A DNA stretch of 64,000 bases from a virus. The stretch covers positions 96,001 through 160,000 of IMG/VR virus record IMGVR_UViG_3300027754_000039, one strand, 5' to 3'. A program made the position numbers and the translations under genes. Under the pieces are notes generated by a model that was not told the origin of the DNA, ran no database searches, and was given only the letters and a program-made list of their open reading frames with translations. How positions within the stretch are numbered: position 1 is the stretch's first letter; each line of letters opens with the position of its first letter. Positions 39,775 through 48,440 of this stretch are shown in pieces.

Positions 39775-40686
39775 TTAATTGGTGCCATGCAAAATTCTAT
39801 AATTTAAAAGGGCCAATTCTTTACCTTTCGCTTCAATCATCACGTCAATATCTAAACCAAAAGTATCAATATAATTGGTTATTAATACTGAATGAGCTCT
39901 AGGATTAATTGTGGAATCATTTTCATGAAGAGCTCTTGACTCTGAATAATGAGCAACTGGCCTTACGTCTTTCCAAGTAGACATAGCCAATTTCAAAGCT
40001 TCTTCTGCTGACTGACCTCCATCATTAAATGTATGGTGATGATAATCAAATACAATTGGAATTCCTGCGTGAGCATAAATCAATTCATGTAAGTCTTTAA
40101 CTGAATACATAGAAGCTTTATCGTCATTCTCAATAGTCAAGCGAGAACGAACTCCTTCAGACAACCTAACAAAATTCTTACACCATGTTTCAGCTGCACT
40201 ATACTTATCTCCATACGTCGCTCCTACATGTATATTAATTTTATTATACGGAGTTCGAGAAAGACCCATTAAGTCAAATAGTAAACCATGCATTTCTAAA
40301 TCTTTAATAGTATTAATAACTACAGACTCTTTAGGAGATGCAAGTAAGTTAAATGGACCTGGATGAGTAGTAATGCGAATATTATTATCCTTAGCAAATT
40401 GACCACAACGAGCTAAGACAGTTACTATCTCTGCATAGTCAGGGAACTGAGTTACATCTACTTTATTGCCCCATGGAAACAAATCACTACCTAAACGAAA
40501 AAAATGAATTCCATTTAGTAAATTCCATTCTAAAATTAATTCTAAATCTTTTGCATTGGCTAATGCTAATTGAGACGCGTGGGCTATACCCTTCTCTTTC
40601 AATGTAGCAGCTCTCATTGCTCTGCCAGTAAGAATACCTCTCTTACCTAATGTCATGTTGATGCATGCGTAACCTATATTTGTCAT
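39775..40686 (-). CDS. uvsE: UV-damage endonuclease (UvsE/UvdE)
   Basis: IGYACIN...FFRLGSDLFP...TTHPGPF...INIHVG...LTIENDD...VFDYHHH...HYSE...DVMIEAKGKE. Start revised to MTNIGY, downstream of a promoter. Confidence 0.95.
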   Translation of the reverse strand: MTNIGYACINMTLGKRGILTGRAMRAATLKEKGIAHASQLALANAKDLELILEWNLLNGIHFFRLGSDLFPWGNKVDVTQFPDYAEIVTVLARCGQFAKDNNIRITTHPGPFNLLASPKESVVINTIKDLEMHGLLFDLMGLSRTPYNKINIHVGATYGDKYSAAETWCKNFVRLSEGVRSRLTIENDDKASMYSVKDLHELIYAHAGIPIVFDYHHHTFNDGGQSAEEALKLAMSTWKDVRPVAHYSESRALHENDSTINPRAHSVLITNYIDTFGLDIDVMIEAKGKELALLNYRILHGTN

Positions 40687-40705
40687 TGTATATTTTTTAT
40701 TTAAT

Positions 40706-40737
40706 TTAAGATAAGATATTCTATTGAATGTACCAAA
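40706..40737 (-). promoter_or_regulatory. Promoter TTTG-N20-TATCTTAA (uvsE)
   Basis: Family member. Confidence 0.75.
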
Positions 40738-40738
40738 T

Positions 40739-40951
40739 TTAATTTGGCAATTCATTTACTTCATCTTCTACTAGCTCCGCTTCACTTACTTTGCGGCAGA
40801 TGTAAGTAGTTTCGTTTTTGCGTAATACTACATCACAATCCAATAGGGTTCTAAGACCATTAGCATCTTTAATTCGATGGGATACGTATTTTTTGATGAC
40901 TTCTACTAGGCCACCTTCCCATTGGATAAATTCTCTTTGTATAGTAACCAT
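40739..40951 (-). CDS. Hypothetical protein
   Basis: ORF track and operon context. Confidence 0.65.
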   Translation of the reverse strand: MVTIQREFIQWEGGLVEVIKKYVSHRIKDANGLRTLLDCDVVLRKNETTYICRKVSEAELVEDEVNELPN

Positions 40952-40953
40952 AA

Positions 40954-41406
40954 TTAATTATTAGAAATTTTTTCATGTCGCCCTATTAAAGTAAAGGCTT
41001 TACAAAACTTTTGCTGTTTAAATACTTCCATTGCAATATCTGAAAATTTATATGCAATCATTATACAGCCATCCATGAACATTTCTGTAATGGCTTCATT
41101 TAAAAACTCTTGCGAATTGGAATTTAATATTACTCGATTGTTAACGATTAACACATTAACTTTAGCATCTGGATTTATACTTCCAGTTATAATAGACGAC
41201 AGTTTATCTTTAAAATGCTCAATATCAACTTCAAAGTCAGGGTGAGTTTCATACTCACTATCATTTTCGAAATTCGTATCTTCCGAACCTATTCCATAAG
41301 CATCTACACAAATTAAATCGTATAAGAATAGAATCTTTTCATCCTTTGGTAGACTCGCGAAAAAATCGTAGTCTTCTTGATCGATTATATATTCATTAAA
41401 ATTCAT
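40954..41406 (-). CDS. Hypothetical acidic protein
   Basis: ORF track and operon context. Confidence 0.65.
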   Translation of the reverse strand: MNFNEYIIDQEDYDFFASLPKDEKILFLYDLICVDAYGIGSEDTNFENDSEYETHPDFEVDIEHFKDKLSSIITGSINPDAKVNVLIVNNRVILNSNSQEFLNEAITEMFMDGCIMIAYKFSDIAMEVFKQQKFCKAFTLIGRHEKISNN

Positions 41407-41614
41407 ACGCCTTCCCCTTAATAATTATCTCAGAGCAGAGCCAAGAAGGATCTACTATTACTTTAATTTTATTAAAGATTTCAGGTCGATTGAAAAATCC
41501 ACGCAGTATTAATGATCTAGCATCTAAATCTTTTTCTTGATTAGCAAAATTTAATTTTACTAACTCTTCTTGCTCCAATGCACTGCGAAGGAACGATATA
41601 ATATCATTAGCCAT
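41396..41614 (-). CDS. Hypothetical protein
   Basis: ORF track and operon context. Confidence 0.65.
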   Translation of the reverse strand: MANDIISFLRSALEQEELVKLNFANQEKDLDARSLILRGFFNRPEIFNKIKVIVDPSWLCSEIIIKGKAYEF

Positions 41615-41969
41615 ACTTCTTCCAAATAGTGTTTAAGACTTCTGTAATTTCCTTTGTCAATGAATACCCGTCGTTTACATATTTAATACATACATATACA
41701 GTTAAATGTTCATTACATTTTGTATCATTGATAGAGTCTGATAACTTATATAGTTTAGATAAAACTTTAAGCTTAATATCTTTCTCCGCATAACCCATAG
41801 AATCAAACTGCGCTGCAATGGCTTCTTCTAAAAGAATTGAATCTACTGCTGACATTAGTTTATTGTCTTGCAATGGAATATTTCTTTCTGCTAAATTTCT
41901 TAGTGCGTCTGCAGCTTCAGTTTGATCTAGTAAACTTTTAATAAACTGCTCAAATGGAGCCGGTTTCAT
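41607..41969 (-). CDS. Hypothetical protein
   Basis: ORF track and operon context. Confidence 0.65.
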   Translation of the reverse strand: MKPAPFEQFIKSLLDQTEAADALRNLAERNIPLQDNKLMSAVDSILLEEAIAAQFDSMGYAEKDIKLKVLSKLYKLSDSINDTKCNEHLTVYVCIKYVNDGYSLTKEITEVLNTIWKKYG

Positions 41970-42310
41970 TAAGCTTCTTTTTTCTTGTAAGGCTTTTTAG
42001 ACTTAACGGGGGCGCCCATTACTGGATTAGCTTTTTTTGGTTTAGACTCACCCATTACTGGATTTGGCATTGACTTAATTGATATTCTAGATTTGTCTTT
42101 GCAAGATTGCAAATCAGAACGTAAAGTTCTAATATAATCTTTATCAGCAATCTTTTCAGCTTCTATACGTTTTGTATGTGCGCGTAATAAATCATTAACT
42201 GATTCTTTAGTTGCAATTTCTTCCATTGCAATTTTTAATTTACTTTTTTGACCTAAGCCATAAATTGTCACTGCAATTAAAGCAGCAACTGTTACGATTG
42301 TAATAATCAT
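41969..42310 (-). CDS. N-terminal TM + coiled coil protein
   Basis: Hydrophobic N-terminus; NPVMG repeated twice. Confidence 0.65.
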   Translation of the reverse strand: MIITIVTVAALIAVTIYGLGQKSKLKIAMEEIATKESVNDLLRAHTKRIEAEKIADKDYIRTLRSDLQSCKDKSRISIKSMPNPVMGESKPKKANPVMGAPVKSKKPYKKKEA

Positions 42311-42328
42311 TTGTTTTTGTTTTTTTGT

Positions 42329-43102
42329 TTATTTAAAAATAAAGAAAGTTACGTCACCGATCATATAATCTGTGCGACAAACTACTTTAGTATATTTACT
42401 AACTAAATAAGTTAACCAATCAGCTGTGTTATGCACAATTAATTGATCAATATCGGATTGGTTCATATCGGCAGGAAGCCCTGTCAATAAATTAAATGCA
42501 ACTCCGATAGTAGCATTCTCATACATTTTATCAATTACCGTTTTACCATATTCAAACATATCAGGATGATCGTTTAAATTGAACAATCCAGAACCAAATA
42601 CCCAATCATGTTGATTAAGAGTGGTTGCAGTAAGAATGTCATTCCCAGATAATTTATTTAAAAGCACGGGATATTTTCTTTCAGCAACTGAAATCATATT
42701 TGCATTGAAATCTATGCCTGTATAATTAATATCATCTTGCTCAGGAAAGAATCTACGCAGGTATCCATATAAGTCAGCACGCCCACAGCCTACATCTAAT
42801 ACAGAATAGCTAGGTGAGTAAAATAACAGCAATGCCGAAAAAAGTAATTCTTGTTCATTAGTGGACATCCATCCAGCAATTTCAGGAGCATTTAATAAAT
42901 AATCTTCCGAAAAATCATCTAGATTAGCAAGCTCAGATGCTACTTCTTTTTTAGGTTCTTCTATAGCCTTATTTTCTTCGTTTTCTAAAATCTTAAAATC
43001 TTCTAATGAAGCTTGCTCAAAGTCTTGAAGCATTTGAGCTTCTTCCTCTGCAATTTTAATTTCTATTGACTCTTTTTTCGAGCCAAAAAGGTTTTTAAAC
43101 AT
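42329..43102 (-). CDS. Class I SAM-dependent methyltransferase
   Basis: SVLDVGCGRADLY...YTGIDFN...DWVFGSGLFN. Confidence 0.9.
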   Translation of the reverse strand: MFKNLFGSKKESIEIKIAEEEAQMLQDFEQASLEDFKILENEENKAIEEPKKEVASELANLDDFSEDYLLNAPEIAGWMSTNEQELLFSALLLFYSPSYSVLDVGCGRADLYGYLRRFFPEQDDINYTGIDFNANMISVAERKYPVLLNKLSGNDILTATTLNQHDWVFGSGLFNLNDHPDMFEYGKTVIDKMYENATIGVAFNLLTGLPADMNQSDIDQLIVHNTADWLTYLVSKYTKVVCRTDYMIGDVTFFIFK

Positions 43103-43116
43103 AACTTTTTAATTTA

Positions 43117-43482
43117 TTAATAAATATGATATTCTTTTGTTTTTCGCGATTCTCTAACAGATTCTGTCTTTGATCTTCTAGCTTCTACTCGAGCAATTTT
43201 ATTTTCCATATTCATTCCTTCAATTCGTAAAGGATGAGTTCTGTTTAAATTTTGATTGGACTTTGCTCCTATTTGTGCCATTTCCCAAGCTTTAATAGGA
43301 TTGGTAGTAGGCAATATACACCACTCAGCTAAAATGTCTTTTGGTTGCAAACCATCCTGCTCCTGCATAATAGTATAGTGAGTTTTACCAATAGCAGTTA
43401 AATATGCTCCTGGGTATTGCTTACACACCTTTTTCTTGTATTTTTCAATTAGTTTCTTCTCCTGTACTGACAGTTTATTCAT
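43117..43482 (-). CDS. Hypothetical protein
   Basis: ORF track and operon context. Confidence 0.65.
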   Translation of the reverse strand: MNKLSVQEKKLIEKYKKKVCKQYPGAYLTAIGKTHYTIMQEQDGLQPKDILAEWCILPTTNPIKAWEMAQIGAKSNQNLNRTHPLRIEGMNMENKIARVEARRSKTESVRESRKTKEYHIY

Positions 43483-43526
43483 GATATAATACTTTATATA
43501 CGTTAATGTTTAAGATTGTTATAGGG

Positions 43527-43793
43527 TTAGGAATTAATAATTATGGATAAATAAATTCCTGAATAAGATCCTATTACAGATCCTATTACATACCCTATCC
43601 ATTGATGAAATGCATCTCCGGATTGAGCAATTTTTCTAATTACAAAAAAGTTCATCGAAGCAATTAAAAAATCTGCCAATGCGGCTTCATGATAATGCAA
43701 CAAAGCAATTGCTCGATAATTTACACATATTAATGAATAAAGTACAATTTGTATTACTGCTAAAATAACAGCTTCTTTAATTTTAACTTTCAT
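43527..43793 (-). CDS. Small multi-TM membrane protein
   Basis: Three hydrophobic segments. Confidence 0.65.
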   Translation of the reverse strand: MKVKIKEAVILAVIQIVLYSLICVNYRAIALLHYHEAALADFLIASMNFFVIRKIAQSGDAFHQWIGYVIGSVIGSYSGIYLSIIINS

Positions 43794-44002
43794 TAATCTT
43801 CAATTTTCAATTCTTGATTGACAGTCTTAATTAAAAGAAAATCTTCTTTGGATTTCTTTTCCAACGACGCTTTTTTAGTTTCAGCATGCTGCTTACTAAT
43901 AAAAGTTCCAATGACAGCATCGCCTTCTTTAAGTGCCCAGCAAGCTCCAAATTTTTCATTGGTAGTTGGCACAATACGGTATTTAGATTTTTTTGGCATC
44001 AT
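43793..44002 (-). CDS. Hypothetical protein
   Basis: ORF track and operon context. Confidence 0.6.
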   Translation of the reverse strand: MMPKKSKYRIVPTTNEKFGACWALKEGDAVIGTFISKQHAETKKASLEKKSKEDFLLIKTVNQELKIED

Positions 44003-44003
44003 A

Positions 44004-44231
44004 TTATTTTACGTTAACGATATCATCTCTGTGAACAAAACTTACTTTTGATGCGTCTTTCTTTACAGCAATTTTCACAGCTAATTCCATTAAGTCATTG
44101 AAATTGAATTCATAAGAAACGTCTGTCACTCGAAACAACTCTCCTTCTACATAATAGAATAATTGTTCTTTATTTAAAATAATTCCATAGATGCCGAATT
44201 TCACAGCATTTGTTTTAACTTGGTCTGCCAT
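44004..44231 (-). CDS. Hypothetical protein
   Basis: Directly downstream of a promoter repeat. Confidence 0.65.
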   Translation of the reverse strand: MADQVKTNAVKFGIYGIILNKEQLFYYVEGELFRVTDVSYEFNFNDLMELAVKIAVKKDASKVSFVHRDDIVNVK

Positions 44232-44256
44232 ATATTTATTTTTTATTTTCTATATA

Positions 44257-44288
44257 TAAAAATAATTAATTACTTTCATAATACCAAA
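44257..44288 (-). promoter_or_regulatory. Promoter TTTG-N20-TATTTTTA
   Basis: Family member. Confidence 0.65.
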
Positions 44289-44325
44289 TTTTCTTTTGGA
44301 TATTTTAAGATTTCTTTTGAAATTA

Positions 44326-44610
44326 TTAGTGTAATGTATCCTTTTGAATTAAAGTATCCAAATGAATTACAGGCTGAATGGAATCTATTATTTTTATTTT
44401 TTTCTTTTTAATAGGCTTAACTGGTTCTGGTTCTTTAATTGTGTCTATTATAATTTCTTTTGGCTTTATGTTAATGAGAGCTACTTTGTGAACTTCAGGA
44501 ATTTGAATATTAGCTGGTCGAGAACTTACAAAAGCTACAATAATAAAAATAATTACAGGCATTGACAATAATGTCAATCCTAAATAAAACAAAGAATTAA
44601 ATTTTTTCAT
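44326..44610 (-). CDS. Single-pass membrane protein with four D-(S/T)-(I/L) sequons
   Basis: N-terminal TM; DTI, DSI, DTL, DTL. Confidence 0.65.
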   Translation of the reverse strand: MKKFNSLFYLGLTLLSMPVIIFIIVAFVSSRPANIQIPEVHKVALINIKPKEIIIDTIKEPEPVKPIKKKKIKIIDSIQPVIHLDTLIQKDTLH

Positions 44611-45013
44611 CGGATAGATTTTTAAATATATTCGCTAGCGAATGCTTAACATTGGAACGAATTTCCATTTCCATAGCTTCTCTACGCTTTTCAACTTCAA
44701 TGTCAAACATTCTAATAATAGTTTCCATTGGTTTACCCCACATACTAATATTATAAGAGTATTGATGATTAACGATTGTAATTAAATTTGACTCAATGAT
44801 AATAAATAATTGCTCATCGTGACTTTTTATATATCGCTTACCTGATATAGGAGAAAGTAATAACACGCTAGATTCTTTATGAATAAGTGCTTTGCAAACT
44901 GAAATACATTCTCTTTCATATTCCGATTTTTCATGTTGATTTGGCTTAGATTGAGTAGCCTTTAACACTTTAAGTGCTACTTTTTGTACAAATCTTTTTA
45001 TTTTATGCATCAT
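44597..45013 (-). CDS. Hypothetical protein
   Basis: ORF track and operon context. Confidence 0.65.
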   Translation of the reverse strand: MMHKIKRFVQKVALKVLKATQSKPNQHEKSEYERECISVCKALIHKESSVLLLSPISGKRYIKSHDEQLFIIIESNLITIVNHQYSYNISMWGKPMETIIRMFDIEVEKRREAMEMEIRSNVKHSLANIFKNLSDEKI

Positions 45014-45026
45014 AACTTTTTATTTA

Positions 45027-45341
45027 TTAATGGCGAGGTACTACTATTTCTACTTTTTGTCTAGGGTGCAATGTATGCACAAATTTAATTAGCTCATCAG
45101 TCTTAACATTAAAATACAATTGAGTTATAGATAGTTCTTGAATTGGTTTAGCAAATTTGCCATGTACTGGATTCAATTCATATTCTGAATGGTCATAATA
45201 AGCAACTGACTTAGCATTATAAAAGATAGTGTCATTTTTTGTTGACCATTTTACAAATTCAGCTTTACTGATAATCTCTTTATCAACTGAACAACTTCCT
45301 AGAGCTATTGCAAGCCCTATAATCATTAATTGTTTTTTCAT
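45027..45341 (-). CDS. Lipoprotein
   Basis: MKK...LAIALGS|C lipobox. Confidence 0.75.
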   Translation of the reverse strand: MKKQLMIIGLAIALGSCSVDKEIISKAEFVKWSTKNDTIFYNAKSVAYYDHSEYELNPVHGKFAKPIQELSITQLYFNVKTDELIKFVHTLHPRQKVEIVVPRH

Positions 45342-45355
45342 AATCTATTTATTTA

Positions 45356-45382
45356 TTAGTAGTCAGGACAGCTATCTGACTA
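45356..45382 (-). repeat. tRNA acceptor-stem remnant / 16-nt direct repeat of the 3' end of the tRNA-like RNA
   Basis: ttagtagtcaggacag at 45356-45371 equals 45493-45508; ctgacta at 45376-45382 equals 45562-45568. Confidence 0.8.
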
Positions 45383-45496
45383 AATTAATATTCTAGCAAT
45401 AAGTCCTAAGACAAACCCCAGTATCAGAACAGTGTATACTTCCTTTTTCCATTTGGAATATTCTTTATCAAAATCTTTCATATTTTTTAATTTTAG

Positions 45497-45567
45497 TAGT
45501 CAGGACAGGATTCGAACCTGTACATTTAGAGCAGCGCCCTTTGTGTTTACCGTTTCACCACCTGACT
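45497..45567 (-). ncRNA. tRNA-like RNA with a non-canonical anticodon arm
   Basis: Acceptor AGTCAGG/CCTGACT+A, D arm GTG-AAACGGTAAA-CAC, T arm ACAGG-TTCGAAT-CCTGT; no 5-bp stem + 7-nt anticodon loop can be formed. Confidence 0.75.
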
Positions 45568-45785
45568 ATGGTGGGATCGCTATTTTTAAAGTAGGTGCTC
45601 TCCCACGAACTACTACCTTTTTCTGTTTATTGTTGAGTTACAAAAGATAAACGTCACCCAATCTCACCCTCCTTATAAATCCTTCCTGTGCACAGAACAA
45701 GAAACTGGGGAGGTGTTGTTTCTACTTTTCAGAGGCTTAATCTCCCTCATTTGACCGTTTAGCAGGTTGAAGCTGCACTTTGGCG

Positions 45786-45857
45786 TACTCCCAAGCAGAA
45801 TCGAACTGCCGTTTCATCCGTGAAAGGGACGTGTCCTAACCCCTAGACGATAGGAGC
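45786..45857 (-). tRNA. trnE: tRNA-Glu(UUC), 72 nt, CCA not encoded
   Basis: GCTCCTA/TGGGAGT acceptor, CGTCC-CTTTCAC-GGATG anticodon arm, GGCAG-TTCGATT-CTGCT T arm. Confidence 0.95.
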
Positions 45858-45860
45858 ATA

Positions 45861-45995
45861 TTAACGCTTATGAAAGCCTTTGGTCTTAATATGTCTTTCA
45901 GGTTTACGCGTTTCTTCTTTTTTCTTAGTCTTTAAAGTCTCCATCCACTGCGTAAGACATTCAATTTTTAATTTTGTGTTTTTTACCTTTGCCAT
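45861..45995 (-). CDS. Small basic protein (44 aa)
   Basis: Manual: MAKVKNTKLKIECLTQWMETLK...KGFHKR*. Confidence 0.55.
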   Translation of the reverse strand: MAKVKNTKLKIECLTQWMETLKTKKKEETRKPERHIKTKGFHKR

Positions 45996-46008
45996 GTTTT
46001 TTTATTTT

Positions 46009-46542
46009 TTAGTTATTAATCCAAACGTACTGTTTATTTAAGATGCGATTAGCATATTGGTTTATACGAGGTTTGCCAGTATTATAAGCTCCAAAAGCTA
46101 AGCCCCAATTTTGATATTTAGTATGTAATGTATTTAATAATTTCATTGAAATCATTACATTTAAATCAATATTAGAACGTAATTTATTTTTTTCAACTGC
46201 AGTGCCATATACCATCTTTGCTGTTGCTGGCATTATTTGCATTGGGCCTAAAGCTCCACATACAGATTGCTGTCTATGATTATAAAGACTATCTAACGGG
46301 CCTTTGTATCTAGTTTCTTGATATGCTAATGAAAATGCATATTCTTCTGGAATATTATATTCTAAAGAATATTTTTTAATATAAAAATACATTTGTTTAG
46401 CTGGAGGAGACGTTGTAATTGTAATACTATCATATCCTAATAAATAAGGATCTGTGAACCCTATAGATTTTGTATTATTTAATGATATTGAGCTATACAA
46501 AGCGACGCCCAAAGTTACTGCGACTGCTGTTAATTTAATCAT
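46009..46542 (-). CDS. Lytic transglycosylase (SLT family) with N-terminal signal/anchor
   Basis: AYQETRY...GALGPMQIMPATA...AFGAYNTG. Start revised to MIKLTAVAV. Confidence 0.9.
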   Translation of the reverse strand: MIKLTAVAVTLGVALYSSISLNNTKSIGFTDPYLLGYDSITITTSPPAKQMYFYIKKYSLEYNIPEEYAFSLAYQETRYKGPLDSLYNHRQQSVCGALGPMQIMPATAKMVYGTAVEKNKLRSNIDLNVMISMKLLNTLHTKYQNWGLAFGAYNTGKPRINQYANRILNKQYVWINN

Positions 46543-46573
46543 AACTTTTTTATTTTTAATAATTAAATATATA

Positions 46574-46840
46574 TTATTCATTTGTATTATCCAAATTTTC
46601 TTTTGACCGATCCCAAATATTTGCAAACCTTTCAGATCCATTTATTCCTATATGCACATACTTAGTACCGTCATGTATTGACTGTGCTTTGTAAATCCAT
46701 CGCTCTCCATTTTTCTTAAGCTCTAAAATTTTACAAACATAGTCGGCGGTTAAAAAAGTTACTGTAACAGTGTCTCCTATTTTAAAAGAAGGCTTTTTCA
46801 TTTTCTCCGGAGGAGCTGTTTCTCTTTTCTTTTTAGCCAT
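46574..46840 (-). CDS. Hypothetical protein (KOW/SH3-like)
   Basis: FKIGDTVTV. Confidence 0.65.
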   Translation of the reverse strand: MAKKKRETAPPEKMKKPSFKIGDTVTVTFLTADYVCKILELKKNGERWIYKAQSIHDGTKYVHIGINGSERFANIWDRSKENLDNTNE

Positions 46841-48126
46841 TATACAGTTCTTTTATTACCATGAATTACCTTTACCGTCGGAAATCTTAAACTATAATTT
46901 CCTGATTGGTTTTGAGTTTCTTCGAAATATTTAACGGTAATTATTTTATCAAGTATTTCATTTGGATTAGCTTTAAAGAACTCACGCTCTTCAATAGTAA
47001 AGCCAGATCCTACTGAAACTCTATTACCTTTATGCTCTATTACTACATTGGATAAAACATCTTTTGTAATTTCCAATCCATTCTCAATCATTCTAAAAGG
47101 ACCAAACTCTAAATCAATTACTGTATATTCAGCATCGTGAAATGATTTACACTTAAGCATATTTTTAGTACGTTTACCTTCATAAACACGATTTTTACGC
47201 AGGATCAATCCTTCCCAACCTTTATTATCCGCTGATGTCATTAAGTCGGTAAATTGTCCAGGTTCTGTGATGATTTCCTGGGTTACCAACTCTAAATACT
47301 TCATATCCTTAATTAACTTACATAAAGCATGGTATCTTAAAGAGTAGCTGCTAGCTCCTATCTTATCTCTGAATTCTTGACCTGTGATAATATCAAATAC
47401 TAAATACTTAGGATTGTCAATAGTATGATCCTTCTTACGAATTTGTTTCATAACACCTTGAAAGTCATCTGACCCGTCTTTGTTAGTTAAGCAAATTTCT
47501 CCGTCAAGCACTACATCCTTCATTCCTAAGCTAGCAATTTCATCTTCAACCTTTTTAAGAGTTTCAAATTGGTTACCTTGACGAGACCAAAGTGATACTT
47601 TGCCATTTTCATCTACAACACCTAAGCACCTTACTCCATCTAATTTTCTAGAAGCATACCAAGTATCTGCTGCAAAATCAACTTCTACATCTTCAAATGG
47701 AGTTGCTAATGCGACATCAAAGGTTGGAATTAAATCTGGAATGATTTTGTTAATTAAACTATCACCCATTCTAATTTCCAAATCCTTACCAATAATCTTA
47801 TAAATTAAATTTTTAAATTCTTCATGCTCGTAGCAAAAGTTATTTACAGAATTAATAGCTTTGTGACCAGTTACTTCTCGCTTACGTAAAATGTCAAGCA
47901 TTTCAAACAAGTCCTTAAACTCATACAACACACCTAAGTCTTCACTGTAATTCTTTTCAAGAGTAGCCGGCGTTACATAATATTGATAAAATGGATTATA
48001 TGTATAATACAATACCTTTTTAATGAACTCGTCATCTTTATACTTTTCCAAAATGACCTTTTTGTCATTTGTACTATTAGTTGAATTAAGCTCATCAACT
48101 ACCTTTTGTAACAATTTAAAATCCAT
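46840..48126 (-). CDS. ATP-dependent DNA ligase
   Basis: ASRKLDGVRC, VLDGEI, WEGLILRK, MLKCK, LRFPT. Confidence 0.95.
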   Translation of the reverse strand: MDFKLLQKVVDELNSTNSTNDKKVILEKYKDDEFIKKVLYYTYNPFYQYYVTPATLEKNYSEDLGVLYEFKDLFEMLDILRKREVTGHKAINSVNNFCYEHEEFKNLIYKIIGKDLEIRMGDSLINKIIPDLIPTFDVALATPFEDVEVDFAADTWYASRKLDGVRCLGVVDENGKVSLWSRQGNQFETLKKVEDEIASLGMKDVVLDGEICLTNKDGSDDFQGVMKQIRKKDHTIDNPKYLVFDIITGQEFRDKIGASSYSLRYHALCKLIKDMKYLELVTQEIITEPGQFTDLMTSADNKGWEGLILRKNRVYEGKRTKNMLKCKSFHDAEYTVIDLEFGPFRMIENGLEITKDVLSNVVIEHKGNRVSVGSGFTIEEREFFKANPNEILDKIITVKYFEETQNQSGNYSLRFPTVKVIHGNKRTV

Positions 48127-48149
48127 ATCTTATTATTTTTGTCTATACA

Positions 48150-48181
48150 TTAAGATAAGATATCCTTTTCAATGTACCAAA
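48150..48181 (-). promoter_or_regulatory. Promoter TTTG-N20-TATCTTAA (DNA ligase)
   Basis: Family member. Confidence 0.75.
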
Positions 48182-48187
48182 TTTATT

Positions 48188-48403
48188 TTAAAGATTTTCA
48201 AAAGAATTATCTATGCATTTAGATTTCAAATGAATTACTAAATTCCTTTTGGTTTCCAAATTTAAATCAGTATAGGTATTTAACCATGACTCGAATTGTG
48301 ATACTAATTTAGTAGACGTTCTCCATTGATCAATGGAATTAGAAGAGTTGATTATTTTTTCAACCCATTGTGTGATATACGTATAATTTGATTTTTTATC
48401 CAT
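48188..48403 (-). CDS. Hypothetical protein
   Basis: Flanked by two promoter repeats. Confidence 0.6.
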   Translation of the reverse strand: MDKKSNYTYITQWVEKIINSSNSIDQWRTSTKLVSQFESWLNTYTDLNLETKRNLVIHLKSKCIDNSFENL

Positions 48404-48407
48404 ACCC

Positions 48408-48439
48408 TAAATATAGGGTATTCATTTGGAAGTACCAAA
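48408..48439 (-). promoter_or_regulatory. Promoter TTTG-N20-TATATTTA; -7 box lies inside an 8-bp inverted repeat (48402-48421)
   Basis: Family member. Confidence 0.7.
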
Positions 48440-48440
48440 T

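Noticed and set aside
45432-45650. Plus-strand 72-aa ORF
   Set aside because: Antisense to the tRNA-like RNA and the structured region.
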